DNA of 64,000 bases, taken from Candidatus Peregrinibacteria bacterium GW2011_GWF2_43_17. Its GTDB lineage: Bacteria > Patescibacteriota > Gracilibacteria > UBA1369 > UBA12470. Positions 31,229-41,921 of the stretch are shown here, piece after piece. Every line of letters starts with the position of its first letter. Positions within the stretch are counted from its first letter, which is position 1. The stretch lies in assembly GCA_000999315.1 (NCBI GenBank), contig LCFW01000003.1, positions 20,686-84,685 of the forward strand, read 5' to 3'. The notes under the pieces are model-generated. The model worked only from the letters and a program-made list of their open reading frames with translations, did no database searches and was not told where the DNA came from. Both the position numbers and the translations under genes were made by a program.

Positions 31229-31237
31229 TCTAAAAAG

Positions 31238-32530
31238 ATGTTTAAATATCTAAGCCAAATTTGGCAGGCAAAAGACCTCCGAAATAAGATCCTGTTCACA
31301 TTGGGAATGGTTCTTGTATTCAGAATATTGGCGCACATTACAATCCCGGGAGTAAATACGGCGGCTTTACAATCTGCATTTGACCAAAACAGTATCCTTG
31401 GAGCATTCAGCCTTCTAACAGGAGGAAGTGCCGAAAACTTTTCTGTGGTACTAATGGGATTATCCCCTTATATCAATGCCGTAATCATAGTGCAATTATT
31501 GACAGTTATTATTCCAAAACTGGAAACTTTATCAAAAGAAGGAGAACAAGGACGTCAGAAAATCACAAGCTATACGAGGTGGCTAAGCTTCCCGCTCGCA
31601 TTCATACAATCTTACGGAATGATCCTCCTCATCAATTCACAATCGTCAACGCCAATAATAGACAATATGTCCGATCCTTCGGTGATTCTCCCGATAATGC
31701 TAACCGTAACGGCGGGTACGATAATACTTATGTGGATTGGCGAATTAATAACGGAAAAAGGCATATCAAACGGCGTCTCGGTACTGATCTTCGCGGGAAT
31801 CATCGCGGGATTACCATCGATTGCGGCTAAAGTTTTCGCTCTCGCGTCTCAAGACACTTCAAAACTTATTCCTTTCACGGGCGGCATTCTGATCACAATC
31901 ATCCTTACGGTTGTAATCATAATGATTACCGAAGGACAAAGAAGAATACCGGTTACATACGCGGGCAGATCGCAATCAATAAAAGGAGAACAAGCTTCTT
32001 TGCCGATAAGAATCAATCAAGCCGGAATGATACCGATTATCTTTGCGGTTTCGATAGTATCTTTTCCGGGCGTTATCGCTCAATTTATGGCAAACGGAGA
32101 ATCCGCATGGGTAATTTCCGCAGGCACATGGATGCAAACAAACTTCGCCGCCGGGACATTGCTGTATATGACTTTGTATTTCTTTTTGATCATAGCTTTC
32201 ACTTATTTCTATGTTTCTGTCACTTTCAACCCGGATCAAGTCGCTGAAAATATTCAAAAAAGAGGCGGGTTTATCCCGGGAATCAGACCCGGCAAGCAAA
32301 CCGCGGAATACTTGAAAGTGGTTTCAAATCGTTTAAATCTTTTCGGAGGATTATTTATAGCCGTAATCGCGGTAATGCCAATATTGCTACAAAAAGCGAC
32401 ATCCGGCACAGGCAGCATTCCAATGTTGATCAGCGGCGCGGGAATGATCATCGTTGTAGGCGTCGTACTTGACTTGATTCGTCAAATCAACGCCCAGCTC
32501 ATGATGCACAATTACGAGAAATTCTATTAG
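31238..32530 (+). CDS. secY: preprotein translocase SecY
   Basis: GLSPYINA, WIGELITEKG, FIPGIRPG. Confidence 0.98.
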   Translation: MFKYLSQIWQAKDLRNKILFTLGMVLVFRILAHITIPGVNTAALQSAFDQNSILGAFSLLTGGSAENFSVVLMGLSPYINAVIIVQLLTVIIPKLETLSKEGEQGRQKITSYTRWLSFPLAFIQSYGMILLINSQSSTPIIDNMSDPSVILPIMLTVTAGTIILMWIGELITEKGISNGVSVLIFAGIIAGLPSIAAKVFALASQDTSKLIPFTGGILITIILTVVIIMITEGQRRIPVTYAGRSQSIKGEQASLPIRINQAGMIPIIFAVSIVSFPGVIAQFMANGESAWVISAGTWMQTNFAAGTLLYMTLYFFLIIAFTYFYVSVTFNPDQVAENIQKRGGFIPGIRPGKQTAEYLKVVSNRLNLFGGLFIAVIAVMPILLQKATSGTGSIPMLISGAGMIIVVGVVLDLIRQINAQLMMHNYEKFY

Positions 32531-32572
32531 GATACCGTGCCTATGAGTCTATCTACCATTTAACTACCCTAT

Positions 32573-33208
32573 ATGGATCTCGTACTATTCGGTATGCAAG
32601 GCTCCGGCAAAGGAACTCAAGGCAATCTCATTGCGAAGAGGCATAATTTGAAAACTTTTGAAACAGGTGCGGAATTAAGAAAATTGGCGCAAGAAGACTC
32701 CCCTCTCGGCAAGAAAATAAAATCCATAATCGAAGCCGGCCGACTTGTTGATAATGAAGTCGTAATGGAGATTATAGAAAATTTTATGAAATCGATTGGC
32801 AAAAATGACATCGTTTTATTTGACGGACTTCCGAGAAAAATGGAACAAGCCGAAACTTTTGACACTCTTATGAAAAAATTCGGACGAGAATTCATGGGCA
32901 TACTTATCGAAATTTCGGAAAAAGTCGCGATGAAAAGACTGACAACCAGAAGAATTTGCAAAAAATGCAAAGAAGTTTATCCAGCGACATACAAAGAAAA
33001 CACCTGCGCAAAATGCAACAGCGAACTTATAACCAGAAATGACGACAATGTTGAAGCTATTATCATAAGATTGCAAGCTTATCGCAACGAAACTTTACCT
33101 GTAATTCAAAAATACGAACGCGAAGGCAAAATGATAAAAATCAACGGCGAACAAGCAATCGAAAACGTGGACAAGGATCTGGAAATAGCTTTGAAACATG
33201 TACTATGA
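32573..33208 (+). CDS. adk: adenylate kinase
   Basis: GMQGSGKGTQ P-loop, DGLPR, Zn lid CxxC..CxxC. Confidence 0.95.
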   Translation: MDLVLFGMQGSGKGTQGNLIAKRHNLKTFETGAELRKLAQEDSPLGKKIKSIIEAGRLVDNEVVMEIIENFMKSIGKNDIVLFDGLPRKMEQAETFDTLMKKFGREFMGILIEISEKVAMKRLTTRRICKKCKEVYPATYKENTCAKCNSELITRNDDNVEAIIIRLQAYRNETLPVIQKYEREGKMIKINGEQAIENVDKDLEIALKHVL

Positions 33209-33963
33209 GCCTGCCCTCTATTAAAACTCAGCAAGAAATCGAGTCCATGCGCAAAGGAGGAAAAATCCTTGGCAATCTTTTACAAACTTTGAAAACGGCG
33301 GCAAAACCGGGCGTAACAACCGAGCAATTGGACCAGCTCACGATAAAAATATGCTCCGAGAAAGGAGTTATTCCCACATTTTTAGGTTATAAAGGTTATC
33401 CGGCAACCATTTGCACTTCGGTAAACGACGAAGTTGTCCACGCAATACCGAACTCAAGATTATTGAAAACCGGCGACCTCTTAAGCATAGACTGCGGAAT
33501 CACGTTTGAAGGAATGGTTACGGATGCGGCGGTATCTCTAATCATAGGCAACGCCGACAACAAACTCGCACAAAAACTCATCCAAGCGGCAGAAAACGCA
33601 CTTTTTGCAGGTATAAATCAAATTAAACCGGGTAACAACATCGGAGATATCGGTTTCGCAATTCAAGAAGTGGTACACAAAGCGGGATTTCACATTATAA
33701 AAGAACTCACGGGACACGGCGTAGGAAAACATCTGCACGAAGAACCAATCATCAACAATTTTGGCAGTAAGGGCTCCGGACCCGCCATAAAACCCGGCAT
33801 GACTTTCGCCATAGAGCCGATTATCGCCGCCGGATCAAGGTTCATACAAACTTTGGATGATGACTGGACGATAGTAACAAAAGACGGATCCTTGGCTGTC
33901 CAAGTAGAACATACCATCCTTGTAACACCTCGAGGCAACGAAATACTTACGTTGTCAAGCTAA
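33205..33963 (+). CDS. map: methionine aminopeptidase type I
   Basis: SVNDEVVH, GHGVG..LHE, AIEP, EHT. Confidence 0.97.
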   Translation: MSLPSIKTQQEIESMRKGGKILGNLLQTLKTAAKPGVTTEQLDQLTIKICSEKGVIPTFLGYKGYPATICTSVNDEVVHAIPNSRLLKTGDLLSIDCGITFEGMVTDAAVSLIIGNADNKLAQKLIQAAENALFAGINQIKPGNNIGDIGFAIQEVVHKAGFHIIKELTGHGVGKHLHEEPIINNFGSKGSGPAIKPGMTFAIEPIIAAGSRFIQTLDDDWTIVTKDGSLAVQVEHTILVTPRGNEILTLSS

Positions 33964-33986
33964 TTGGAGAAAGCAGTGAAAAAGGC

Positions 33987-34015
33987 TTGCAATAGGCGTT
34001 TTATTACTATAAAAT
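33987..34015 (+). promoter_or_regulatory. infA / alpha-operon promoter
   Basis: TTGCAA-17nt-TAAAAT. Confidence 0.65.
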
Positions 34016-34073
34016 TCAAGGGCTTTTTGTATCAATGCACCCGTCAACAGGTTAAAACACTTAAATTTAAAGG

Positions 34074-34304
34074 ATGAGTGGAGACACAATCCAAGTTGAA
34101 GGAGTTGTATTAAGTTGTTTACCTAGCACCACGTTCGAAGTAAAAATAGACGATCCGTCCTATCCCGCCGGTCACACCATAAGGGCTCACTTATCCGGAA
34201 AAATGAGGAAAAATTTCATACGCATCCTTCCTGGAGATAAAGTAACGGTTGAGTTGACACCATACGACCTTACAAAAGGCAGAATTACATTCAGACACAA
34301 GTAA
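34074..34304 (+). CDS. infA: translation initiation factor IF-1
   Basis: [27 protein letters not shown]. Confidence 0.98.
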   Translation: MSGDTIQVEGVVLSCLPSTTFEVKIDDPSYPAGHTIRAHLSGKMRKNFIRILPGDKVTVELTPYDLTKGRITFRHK

Positions 34305-34322
34305 GAATAACGAATAATAAAC

Positions 34323-34436
34323 ATGAAAGTACGACCATCGGTAAAAAAAATATGCGACAAGTGCAGATTGATTAAGAGGAAAAATATCGTTCGAGTAATT
34401 TGTAAAAACCCGAAACATAAGCAACGACAAGGCTAA
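34323..34436 (+). CDS. rpmJ: 50S ribosomal protein L36 (absent from ORF track)
   Basis: manual translation [37 protein letters not shown]. Confidence 0.97.
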   Translation: MKVRPSVKKICDKCRLIKRKNIVRVICKNPKHKQRQG

Positions 34437-34457
34437 CAATTAATTAAAATTTCCAAT

Positions 34458-34838
34458 ATGGCGCGAATTTGCGGCATCAACTTGCCAAATGAAAAAAGAA
34501 TAGAAGTCGGCCTAACCTACATTTACGGGATAGGCAGGAAATCAAGTGCGAAAATATTGAACGATCTGAATATAAACAAGAACATCAAAGTCAAAGACCT
34601 TTCCGAAGCCGATTTGAACAAGCTTCGCGAAAAAATAGACAAAATACCGACTGAAGGAGATTTAAGAAGAAAAGTTTCTTTGGATATCAAAAGATTACAA
34701 GACGTCGGTTCATACAAAGGCTATAGGCATAAAAGAAAACTGCCGGTAAGAGGTCAACGAACCAAGACAAACGCAAGAACGAAACGAGGCAAGAAGGTAA
34801 CGATGGGAAGCGGACGAAGAAAGGAAACAAAGACATAG
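34458..34838 (+). CDS. rpsM: 30S ribosomal protein S13
   Basis: LTYIYGIG, LPVRGQRTKTNART. Confidence 0.98.
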   Translation: MARICGINLPNEKRIEVGLTYIYGIGRKSSAKILNDLNINKNIKVKDLSEADLNKLREKIDKIPTEGDLRRKVSLDIKRLQDVGSYKGYRHKRKLPVRGQRTKTNARTKRGKKVTMGSGRRKETKT

Positions 34839-34886
34839 GATAGTCCGTAAACTTAGCACTCAAATCTCTAATCTCTAAACTCCCCC

Positions 34887-35261
34887 ATGGCAACCAGCAC
34901 CAAAAAAAGACGAAGTATACAAACGGGCAAAGTATATATTTACGCCAGTTACAACAACACTATCGTAACGATTACCGACGAAAAAGGAGACGCATTGGCT
35001 TGGAGTAGCTCGGGAGCCAGCGGATTTAAAGGAACCAAAAAATCAACTCCTTACGCGGCGCAAGTTGCGGCGGAAAACGCAGTAACAAAGGCCAAAGTTT
35101 ACGGAATAGAAAAAGCGGACGTTTACATAAAAGGCGTCGGCGCGGGAAGAGAACAATCCATAAGAGCTTTAATAGCAAACGGAATCGAAGTGGGCGCGAT
35201 TTACGACCAAACTCCGGTCCCACACAACGGATGCAAGAGACCGAGACCAAGAAAAGTATAA
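34887..35261 (+). CDS. rpsK: 30S ribosomal protein S11
   Basis: [25 protein letters not shown]. Confidence 0.98.
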   Translation: MATSTKKRRSIQTGKVYIYASYNNTIVTITDEKGDALAWSSSGASGFKGTKKSTPYAAQVAAENAVTKAKVYGIEKADVYIKGVGAGREQSIRALIANGIEVGAIYDQTPVPHNGCKRPRPRKV

Positions 35262-35285
35262 TTTTAAATTAACTAATACCCAAAA

Positions 35286-35912
35286 ATGTCACGATACACG
35301 GGAGCAAAATGCAGACTTTGCAGGAGAGAAGGAGAGAAGCTTTTTTTGAGAGGCTCAAGATGCGAAGGACAAAAATGCGCAATCACGAGAAGAAACTATA
35401 AACCCGGTCAAGTTGCCAAAAACACTTTCGGGAAAATAACAGAATACGCAAAACAGCTCCGAGCGAAACAAAAAGCGCGCAGAATTTACGGAATCAGCGA
35501 AAAACAATTCTCGATTTATTGTACCGAGGCCATGAAGAAAAAAGAGGAAACGGGTATGGCCCTTTTGAAATCGCTTGAAACCAGATTGGACAACGCCATG
35601 TACAGAAGCGGATTCGCGGAGTCGAGAAATCAAGCAAGGCAATTCGTCAATCATGGTGTCGTAAAATTAAACGGGAAAAGAGTTGATATCCCATCCATAC
35701 ATTTGAAAATCGGCGACACTTTTGAAGTCAGGGAAAAATTGAAAACAAGTCCGATATTCGAAAAAGTAAAAGCCAATAAGAAATTTAAAAGTTCGAAATG
35801 GTTGAAAGCGGATAGTCAAACCTTGAAATGCGAAGTGATAAATATGCCGGATAAAGACGATGTCGAAGCGTCAATCGAAACTCAATTGGTAATTGAGTTC
35901 TACTCAAAATAA
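35286..35912 (+). CDS. rpsD: 30S ribosomal protein S4
   Basis: CRLCRREG, LETRLDN, ARQFVNHG, IEFYSK. Confidence 0.98.
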   Translation: MSRYTGAKCRLCRREGEKLFLRGSRCEGQKCAITRRNYKPGQVAKNTFGKITEYAKQLRAKQKARRIYGISEKQFSIYCTEAMKKKEETGMALLKSLETRLDNAMYRSGFAESRNQARQFVNHGVVKLNGKRVDIPSIHLKIGDTFEVREKLKTSPIFEKVKANKKFKSSKWLKADSQTLKCEVINMPDKDDVEASIETQLVIEFYSK

Positions 35913-35958
35913 AAATTCTCCGTATCTTTTTAAAATTCCATAACCTTATCTTCTTAAC

Positions 35959-36936
35959 ATGCACATCATCCAAGAAGAAATCGGGCTCCCGAAAATCGTA
36001 ATCGATAAAAAGGGGAAGCACCACGCAGTTATAACCATAAGCCCGTTACCATCAGGTTATGGCATCACGCTGGGCAACGCTCTACGTAGAGTTATGTTGT
36101 CTTCTTTGCCGGGCGCCGCGGTATCCGGAGTGAAAATCAAGGGTATATCACACGAATATACGACAATAAAAGGCGTCAAGGAAAGCATCTTGGATATCCT
36201 TCTTAACTTGAAACAACTTAATGTCAGAAAAGAGAGCAAAGAAAAATCGATATTAAACCTAACCGTAAGCAAAACGGGGGAAGTTACGGCAAAAGATATC
36301 AAAACGGCAAGTGACGTCGAAATACTCAACAAGGATCTGTACATAACGACAATAGACCGCGGCGGAAAATTGGAAATGGAAATTTATGTTGAAAAAGGAG
36401 TCGGATTCAAGCCGTCCACATTGGAGAAAAAAGAAGGGCAAGATACCGCCATCATCGAAATAGATCAGGTATTCACACCTATCGAGAAAATTAAATACGA
36501 CATCGAAGCTGTCCGCGTAGGTAAAATGACGAACCTGGATAAGTTGATAATGGAAATCGAAACAAACGGCTCAATCGAACCTGAAGAAGCTATTAAATTC
36601 GCGGCCAACGTACTCAAATCGTATTTCGGTATTTTCGATAAATCGGACAAACCGGTTGAAGCCGAATTTATGAGTGATTTTGATCAAATCGCCAAAAAGA
36701 GCGCCGAGGATGAAGCGAAGAAACCGCAACAAGAAATGTACACACCGATTGAGATTTTGGGACTGTCTCCAAGGACATTAAACGCCCTTATCAACGGTGG
36801 CATCGGATCGATCGAACAACTGACAAAATGCACCGAATCGAAACTCAACAACCTGAGAGGCTTCGGCAAAAAAGCACTTACGGAAGTCGAAAACGCACTC
36901 AAAGAACGCGGTCTCGGCTTAACAAAAGATGAATAA
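35959..36936 (+). CDS. rpoA: RNA polymerase alpha subunit
   Basis: GYGITLGNALRRVMLSS, alpha-CTD LSPRTLNAL. Confidence 0.98.
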   Translation: MHIIQEEIGLPKIVIDKKGKHHAVITISPLPSGYGITLGNALRRVMLSSLPGAAVSGVKIKGISHEYTTIKGVKESILDILLNLKQLNVRKESKEKSILNLTVSKTGEVTAKDIKTASDVEILNKDLYITTIDRGGKLEMEIYVEKGVGFKPSTLEKKEGQDTAIIEIDQVFTPIEKIKYDIEAVRVGKMTNLDKLIMEIETNGSIEPEEAIKFAANVLKSYFGIFDKSDKPVEAEFMSDFDQIAKKSAEDEAKKPQQEMYTPIEILGLSPRTLNALINGGIGSIEQLTKCTESKLNNLRGFGKKALTEVENALKERGLGLTKDE

Positions 36937-36972
36937 ATCTCACTCTAATCTCTAAACTCGAATCTAAATCAC

Positions 36973-37326
36973 ATGCGTCATCAGAACAAAAAAAACAAGG
37001 TATCGCTTCCATCGGGAAGAAGGGAGGCAGTAATTAAAGGCCTGGCTGAATCGTTGATAATTTACGAAAAAATCGAAACAACGGAAGGAAGAGCAAAGGC
37101 TTTGAAAACATTTATGGACAAGTTAATCAATATGGCAAAGAAAGAAAGTAAAATGAACGCCATAAGAGAGGTTAGCAAGTACATAAACGACAAAAACGCA
37201 TCCAAGAAACTTTTTGAAGTGATCGTTAAGAAGTGTGAAGGCAAGGCATCGGGCTACACGAGAGTTGTAAAAACGGGAAGACGAGCGGGAGATTCAGCAC
37301 ATATGGCATTAATCGAAATTATTTAA
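36973..37326 (+). CDS. rplQ: 50S ribosomal protein L17
   Basis: MRH start, IETTEGRAK, SGYTRV, RAGDSA. Confidence 0.97.
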   Translation: MRHQNKKNKVSLPSGRREAVIKGLAESLIIYEKIETTEGRAKALKTFMDKLINMAKKESKMNAIREVSKYINDKNASKKLFEVIVKKCEGKASGYTRVVKTGRRAGDSAHMALIEII

Positions 37327-37327
37327 A

Positions 37328-37768
37328 ATGAAGAAAAAAACTTACTCACCGAAACTACCGGAAATGAACAAGGCCAGAAAATGGTATCTTGTAGATGCTG
37401 AAGACAGAATCCTTGGCGATCTGGCTTCCAAAATAGCCGTTATCTTAAGGGGCAAAAACAAACCGGTGTTTTCGCCACATATAGATTGCGGAGATTATGT
37501 CGTGGTCATCAACGCCGGAAAAATAAAATTGTCGGGCAACAAGCTGGACAAAAAAACTTATTTCAAACACACGGGCTACATGGGTCACTTCAAAGTTACC
37601 ACGGCCCGAGAAATGCTTGAAACTAAGCCTGAAAAAGTCCTAACGGACGCGGTAACCGGCATGGTCCCAAACAACAGATTGAGAAAGCACGTAATGGACA
37701 AGCTGATGGTATACGCCGGAAAAGAACACAAACATTCCGCACAAAATCCGGAATCGTTAAAAATATAA
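37328..37768 (+). CDS. rplM: 50S ribosomal protein L13
   Basis: WYLVDA, LRGKNKP, DCGDYVVVINA. Confidence 0.98.
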   Translation: MKKKTYSPKLPEMNKARKWYLVDAEDRILGDLASKIAVILRGKNKPVFSPHIDCGDYVVVINAGKIKLSGNKLDKKTYFKHTGYMGHFKVTTAREMLETKPEKVLTDAVTGMVPNNRLRKHVMDKLMVYAGKEHKHSAQNPESLKI

Positions 37769-37781
37769 CCTTAATTAACTA

Positions 37782-38192
37782 ATGGAGACCAAGAAAAAAA
37801 CCAGCGGCAAACATCATTACGCATGCGGTAAAAGAAAAACATCCATCGCAAGAGTAAAGTTATACAAAGGAACAGGCAAAATCACGATAAACGACAAAGA
37901 CGCCAAGGAATACATAACCATCAAAGAGCTAATTCACGTTATTAAATCACCGCTCAAACTCACCAAGAAAGAGAACGAATTCGACATATCCGTACAAGTG
38001 GAAGGCGGCGGTCCGTGTAGCCAAGCGGATGCCATCAGGCATGGCATCGCAAAAGCATTGTCGGGTTACGACATCGAACTTAGACTCCCTCTTAAAAAAG
38101 CCGGCCATATAACCAGAGATTCGAGAATAAAGGAAAGAAAAAAACCGGGCTTGCGCAGAGCACGAAGATCTCCGCAATGGTCGAAGAGATAA
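37782..38192 (+). CDS. rpsI: 30S ribosomal protein S9
   Basis: GKRKTSIARV, ERKKPG, PQWSKR. Confidence 0.98.
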   Translation: METKKKTSGKHHYACGKRKTSIARVKLYKGTGKITINDKDAKEYITIKELIHVIKSPLKLTKKENEFDISVQVEGGGPCSQADAIRHGIAKALSGYDIELRLPLKKAGHITRDSRIKERKKPGLRRARRSPQWSKR

Positions 38193-38205
38193 CAGCGCAA
38201 GGAAG

Positions 38206-38225
38206 CCTGCCTGTCGGCAGACAGG
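38206..38225. repeat. REP-like near-palindrome
   Basis: CCTGCCTGTCGGCAGACAGG. Confidence 0.65.
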
Positions 38226-38237
38226 AATGCAATCTCC

Positions 38238-38328
38238 TAATACTTTCCAGTATCACTTCGTCGTCGTTCCTTGAACTGCTATAATATCTGCGATATTCCA
38301 ATTCGGAACCAATAGTGTGCATAGACCC
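38238..38328 (-). mobile_element. truncated copy of the MITE-like family
   Basis: 38238-38279 is the reverse complement of 50054-50095 at 41/42 nt; one end (GGGTCTATGCACAC) abuts TA. Confidence 0.7.
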
Positions 38329-38395
38329 TAGTCTACCTGGTCTATTAGTCTACCCCCCTATATACTACGTACCGTGTACTACGGACTATCCGCCC

Positions 38396-39049
38396 ATGCG
38401 TTTCGACATCCTTACAATCTTCCCTCAGTTCATAGAAGAAAACCCCTATTTCAAATACTCGATAATAGGTAGAGCAATAAATAAGAAATTTATAAAAGTA
38501 AAAGCTCACGATATCCGAAAATATTCGAAAGATAAGCACAAAAAAGTGGACGATATACCTTATGGGGGCGGTGCGGGCATGGTAATGACATGCCAACCGA
38601 TTTTTGACGCGATAAAAGCGATAAAAAAGCAAAATAAAGGTCCGGTAATCTTTCTAACCCCTCATGGCGAGAAGCTAACACACGAAAAAGCTCAAAAACT
38701 CGCAAAAAAGAAAGGGGTAATACTGCTTTGCGGCAGATACGAAGGAGTAGACCAAAGAGTCCGCGACAAGCTCATAGACGAAGAAATTTCGATAGGAGAT
38801 TATGTACTGACGGGCGGTGAACTGCCGGCAATGATCGTTGTTGATACGATCACTCGCCTACTGCCGGGCGTTTTACACGATGATAATTCGGCACTTGAAG
38901 ACTCTTTCACGGAAAAACTCGAAGGCAAAAAAGAGTATCCGCATTACACCAGGCCCGAAGTTTATAAAAAAATGAAAGCGCCAAAAATTCTATTAAGCGG
39001 CAACCATGCGGAAATAGAAAAGTGGAGAAAAGCGCACTTGAAGGTATAA
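38396..39049 (+). CDS. trmD: tRNA (guanine-N1)-methyltransferase
   Basis: MRFDILTIFP, VDDIPYGGG, CGRYEGVD, SIGDYVLTGGE; start moved to 38396. Confidence 0.98.
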   Translation: MRFDILTIFPQFIEENPYFKYSIIGRAINKKFIKVKAHDIRKYSKDKHKKVDDIPYGGGAGMVMTCQPIFDAIKAIKKQNKGPVIFLTPHGEKLTHEKAQKLAKKKGVILLCGRYEGVDQRVRDKLIDEEISIGDYVLTGGELPAMIVVDTITRLLPGVLHDDNSALEDSFTEKLEGKKEYPHYTRPEVYKKMKAPKILLSGNHAEIEKWRKAHLKV

Positions 39050-39081
39050 TTCTTCCCGGAAAACACAAAAATACAAGCAAA

Positions 39082-41709
39082 ATGCAACCAATCGGACTGA
39101 AAACTTCGCAAATCAAAGATCTGCAGGCCAAATACGGATTAAATATCATCAAACCGAAAGGCAAAAAACCTTTAATAATACAACTTTTTGAGGAATTCAA
39201 AGACGTAATGATCGGGATTTTGATCGTCGCGGCAATATTGGCATACATCGGAGGCGAAAAGGTGGATGGAACAGTCATTTTGGGAATAGTAATCTTAAAT
39301 GCTCTGATAGGATTTTTTCAAAAATACAAAGCGGAAAAAGCGGTTGAAGCGCTTAAGAAAATGATCGAGCCGCATGCGAAAGTGATAAGAGACGGCACGG
39401 AAAAGATAATCGAAGCGAAAGATTTGGTGCCGGGAGATTTGATAATTCTTGAAGAAGGAGATCAGGTCGGAGCGGATGCAAAAGTGATAGAAGAGATTGA
39501 GCTTGAAATCAACGAATCCACCCTGACCGGCGAATCACAACCCGTTAAAAAAGATATCGAACCCAAGGACAAAAAACACCTCAACTTGGACGAACAAACC
39601 AATACGGTGTTTATGGGAACCATAATAACGAAAGGTCGAGGAAAAGCGATAGTGCTTAGAACCGGAATGGACACAATGCTCGGCAAAATCGCACACCTGA
39701 CAGCTTCGACCAAAAAAGATAAAAGTCCGCTTGAAAAAGAACTCGCGAGAATAGGAATTTTCGCGGGGAAAATAACGATAGCCTTGTCGCTAATATTGTT
39801 TGCAACGGGCTATTTCATTCAGGGTCAAAAATTCGTTGAAACATTATTGTTCGCGACATCGGTGGCGGTTGCGGCGGTACCGGAAGGATTGCCCGCAACC
39901 ATCACAATCGCGCTCGCACTGGGAGTGAAATCTTTGGCGAAAAAAAATGCGATAATGAAACAACTTTCATCCGTGGAAACTCTCGGATCCACAACCGTAA
40001 TTTGCACCGACAAAACCGGCACTCTCACGAAAAACGAAATGACGGTAAAGGAGATTTTCGTGTTTGGATACAGCATCAAGGTTGACGGTGTCGGATACGA
40101 ACCGAAAGGCTCGTTATCATCAACAAAAGTTGATCTCGAGAAGCTTTGTTTGGGAGCGATTCTTTGCAACAATTCGAGGCTCATACAGGAAAACGATCTG
40201 TGGAAAATAATCGGAGATCCGACCGAAGGAGCACTGATAACGGTCGCCGCAAAGGCGGGATTTGATTTTAATAAAATTTCAAATCAATGGAAACGAGAAT
40301 ACGAATTCCCATTTTCATCTGAGAGAAAAATGATGACGGTAATCGCAAAAAACAAATACGAAAAAAATGCACTCGCATTGTCCAAAGGAGCCCCGAATAT
40401 AATCCTTGAAAAATGCACGCATATACTGAAAAACGGCAAGGTCGAAGACCTGACAAGGGAAGATGTAAGAGAAATCGAAAACAACAACGACAAAATGTGT
40501 GAGGAAGCGAAAAGAGTCTTGGCTTTCGCATACAGAGAGACAACGAAAGAAAAAAAATACGAAGAGAAAAACATCGAAGAAGAAATGGTGTTCGTGGGTT
40601 TGATGGGCATGATAGATCCGCCAAGACCGGAAGTCGCAAACGCCGTAAAAATGACCCAAAAAGCCGGAATAAAAACTTACATAATCACGGGCGATTACGG
40701 TGCAACGGCATCTGCCATAGCAAGACAAATCGGCATGATAAAAAGTAAAAAAGTAAGAATTATAACCGGAGCGGAATTGGATACTTTGTCGGAACCGAGA
40801 CTTTCAAAAATAATGAAAGAGAACCCGGAAATAATATTCTCGAGAGTCAGCCCCGAACATAAATTGAAAATCATTTCCGTGCTGAAAAAACATGGCGAAG
40901 TGGTCGCAATGACGGGTGACGGAGTTAACGACGCCCCAGCACTAAAACGTGCGGATATCGGAGTCGCCATGGGCATAGCCGGAACGGATGTAAGCAGGGA
41001 AGCGAGCAACATGGTCCTCGCCGACGACAGTTTCGGCACAATCGTAACCGCAGTCGAAGAGGGCCGAAAAATCTACGACAATCTCAAGAAATTCATCCTA
41101 TATGTTTTCTCATGCAACATCGGAGAATTGATAACGGTTTTTGCGGCAATAATATTGAACATAGCACCTCCGCTAACCGCGATATTGATACTGTGCGTAA
41201 ACCTGGGAACCGACGTACTCCCGGCTATCGCACTTGGAGCCGACAAAGCAGACCCCGACATAATGGAAAAAAGTCCGCGTAATCCGAAAGAGAAAATTTT
41301 AAAGAGAAATTTCATAGCCCACTTCACATATCTCGGCATACTGATAGGCGGAATAACAACGGCATATTATTTTGTATTGCTACGCATGTATAACGGAGAT
41401 ACCAACGCTTATCTGAAAGCCTCCTCCTCCGCATTCGCACTGCTCGTTTTAATACAAATGTGGAACGCGCTCAATGCACGAAGCGCGAAATATTCGGTTT
41501 TCAAAATAGGATTTTTAAAAAATAAAAACCTGCTCGGCGCGATACTCATCTCGGTACTCATCGTATTGGCGCTGATCGAAATCCCGACATTGCAAAATCT
41601 GGTAGGCACCACTCACCTGTCGACAACCGAATGGCTGATAATATTCGCACTGTCTTCAACAATTTTTATCATAGAAGAATTTAGAAAATTATGGACCCGA
41701 CATATTTGA
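39082..41709 (+). CDS. cation-transporting P-type ATPase (P2A, Ca2+-like)
   Basis: TGES, PEGL, DKTGTLT, KGAP, GDGVNDAPALK; start moved to ATG 39082. Confidence 0.95.
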   Translation: MQPIGLKTSQIKDLQAKYGLNIIKPKGKKPLIIQLFEEFKDVMIGILIVAAILAYIGGEKVDGTVILGIVILNALIGFFQKYKAEKAVEALKKMIEPHAKVIRDGTEKIIEAKDLVPGDLIILEEGDQVGADAKVIEEIELEINESTLTGESQPVKKDIEPKDKKHLNLDEQTNTVFMGTIITKGRGKAIVLRTGMDTMLGKIAHLTASTKKDKSPLEKELARIGIFAGKITIALSLILFATGYFIQGQKFVETLLFATSVAVAAVPEGLPATITIALALGVKSLAKKNAIMKQLSSVETLGSTTVICTDKTGTLTKNEMTVKEIFVFGYSIKVDGVGYEPKGSLSSTKVDLEKLCLGAILCNNSRLIQENDLWKIIGDPTEGALITVAAKAGFDFNKISNQWKREYEFPFSSERKMMTVIAKNKYEKNALALSKGAPNIILEKCTHILKNGKVEDLTREDVREIENNNDKMCEEAKRVLAFAYRETTKEKKYEEKNIEEEMVFVGLMGMIDPPRPEVANAVKMTQKAGIKTYIITGDYGATASAIARQIGMIKSKKVRIITGAELDTLSEPRLSKIMKENPEIIFSRVSPEHKLKIISVLKKHGEVVAMTGDGVNDAPALKRADIGVAMGIAGTDVSREASNMVLADDSFGTIVTAVEEGRKIYDNLKKFILYVFSCNIGELITVFAAIILNIAPPLTAILILCVNLGTDVLPAIALGADKADPDIMEKSPRNPKEKILKRNFIAHFTYLGILIGGITTAYYFVLLRMYNGDTNAYLKASSSAFALLVLIQMWNALNARSAKYSVFKIGFLKNKNLLGAILISVLIVLALIEIPTLQNLVGTTHLSTTEWLIIFALSSTIFIIEEFRKLWTRHI

Positions 41710-41921
41710 GAGTAAAAGTCATCCCCAAAAGTTCTAAAACCGAGTTGGTCGAGACAATGGCCGACGGAACCCTCAAAATACGAGTAAAAGCACCCCCGGA
41801 AAAAGGCAAAGCCAACAAGGAACTCATAAAATTCCTTGCGGAACATTTCGGCACACGCAAAGAATCAATCACGATAATCAGCGGCAAAACGGATCACATA
41901 AAATTAATCAAAATTGCTTAA
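41691..41921 (+). CDS. DUF167/YggU-like protein
   Basis: VKVIP, KIRVKAPPEKGKAN, IISG. Confidence 0.85.
   Translation: MDPTYLRVKVIPKSSKTELVETMADGTLKIRVKAPPEKGKANKELIKFLAEHFGTRKESITIISGKTDHIKLIKIA

Noticed and set aside
34853..34879. Second CIRCE (TTAGCACTC) before rpsK; similar TTAGCACTT at 57091
   Set aside because: Half-site only with no inverted partner after 9 nt; part of tandem arrays.
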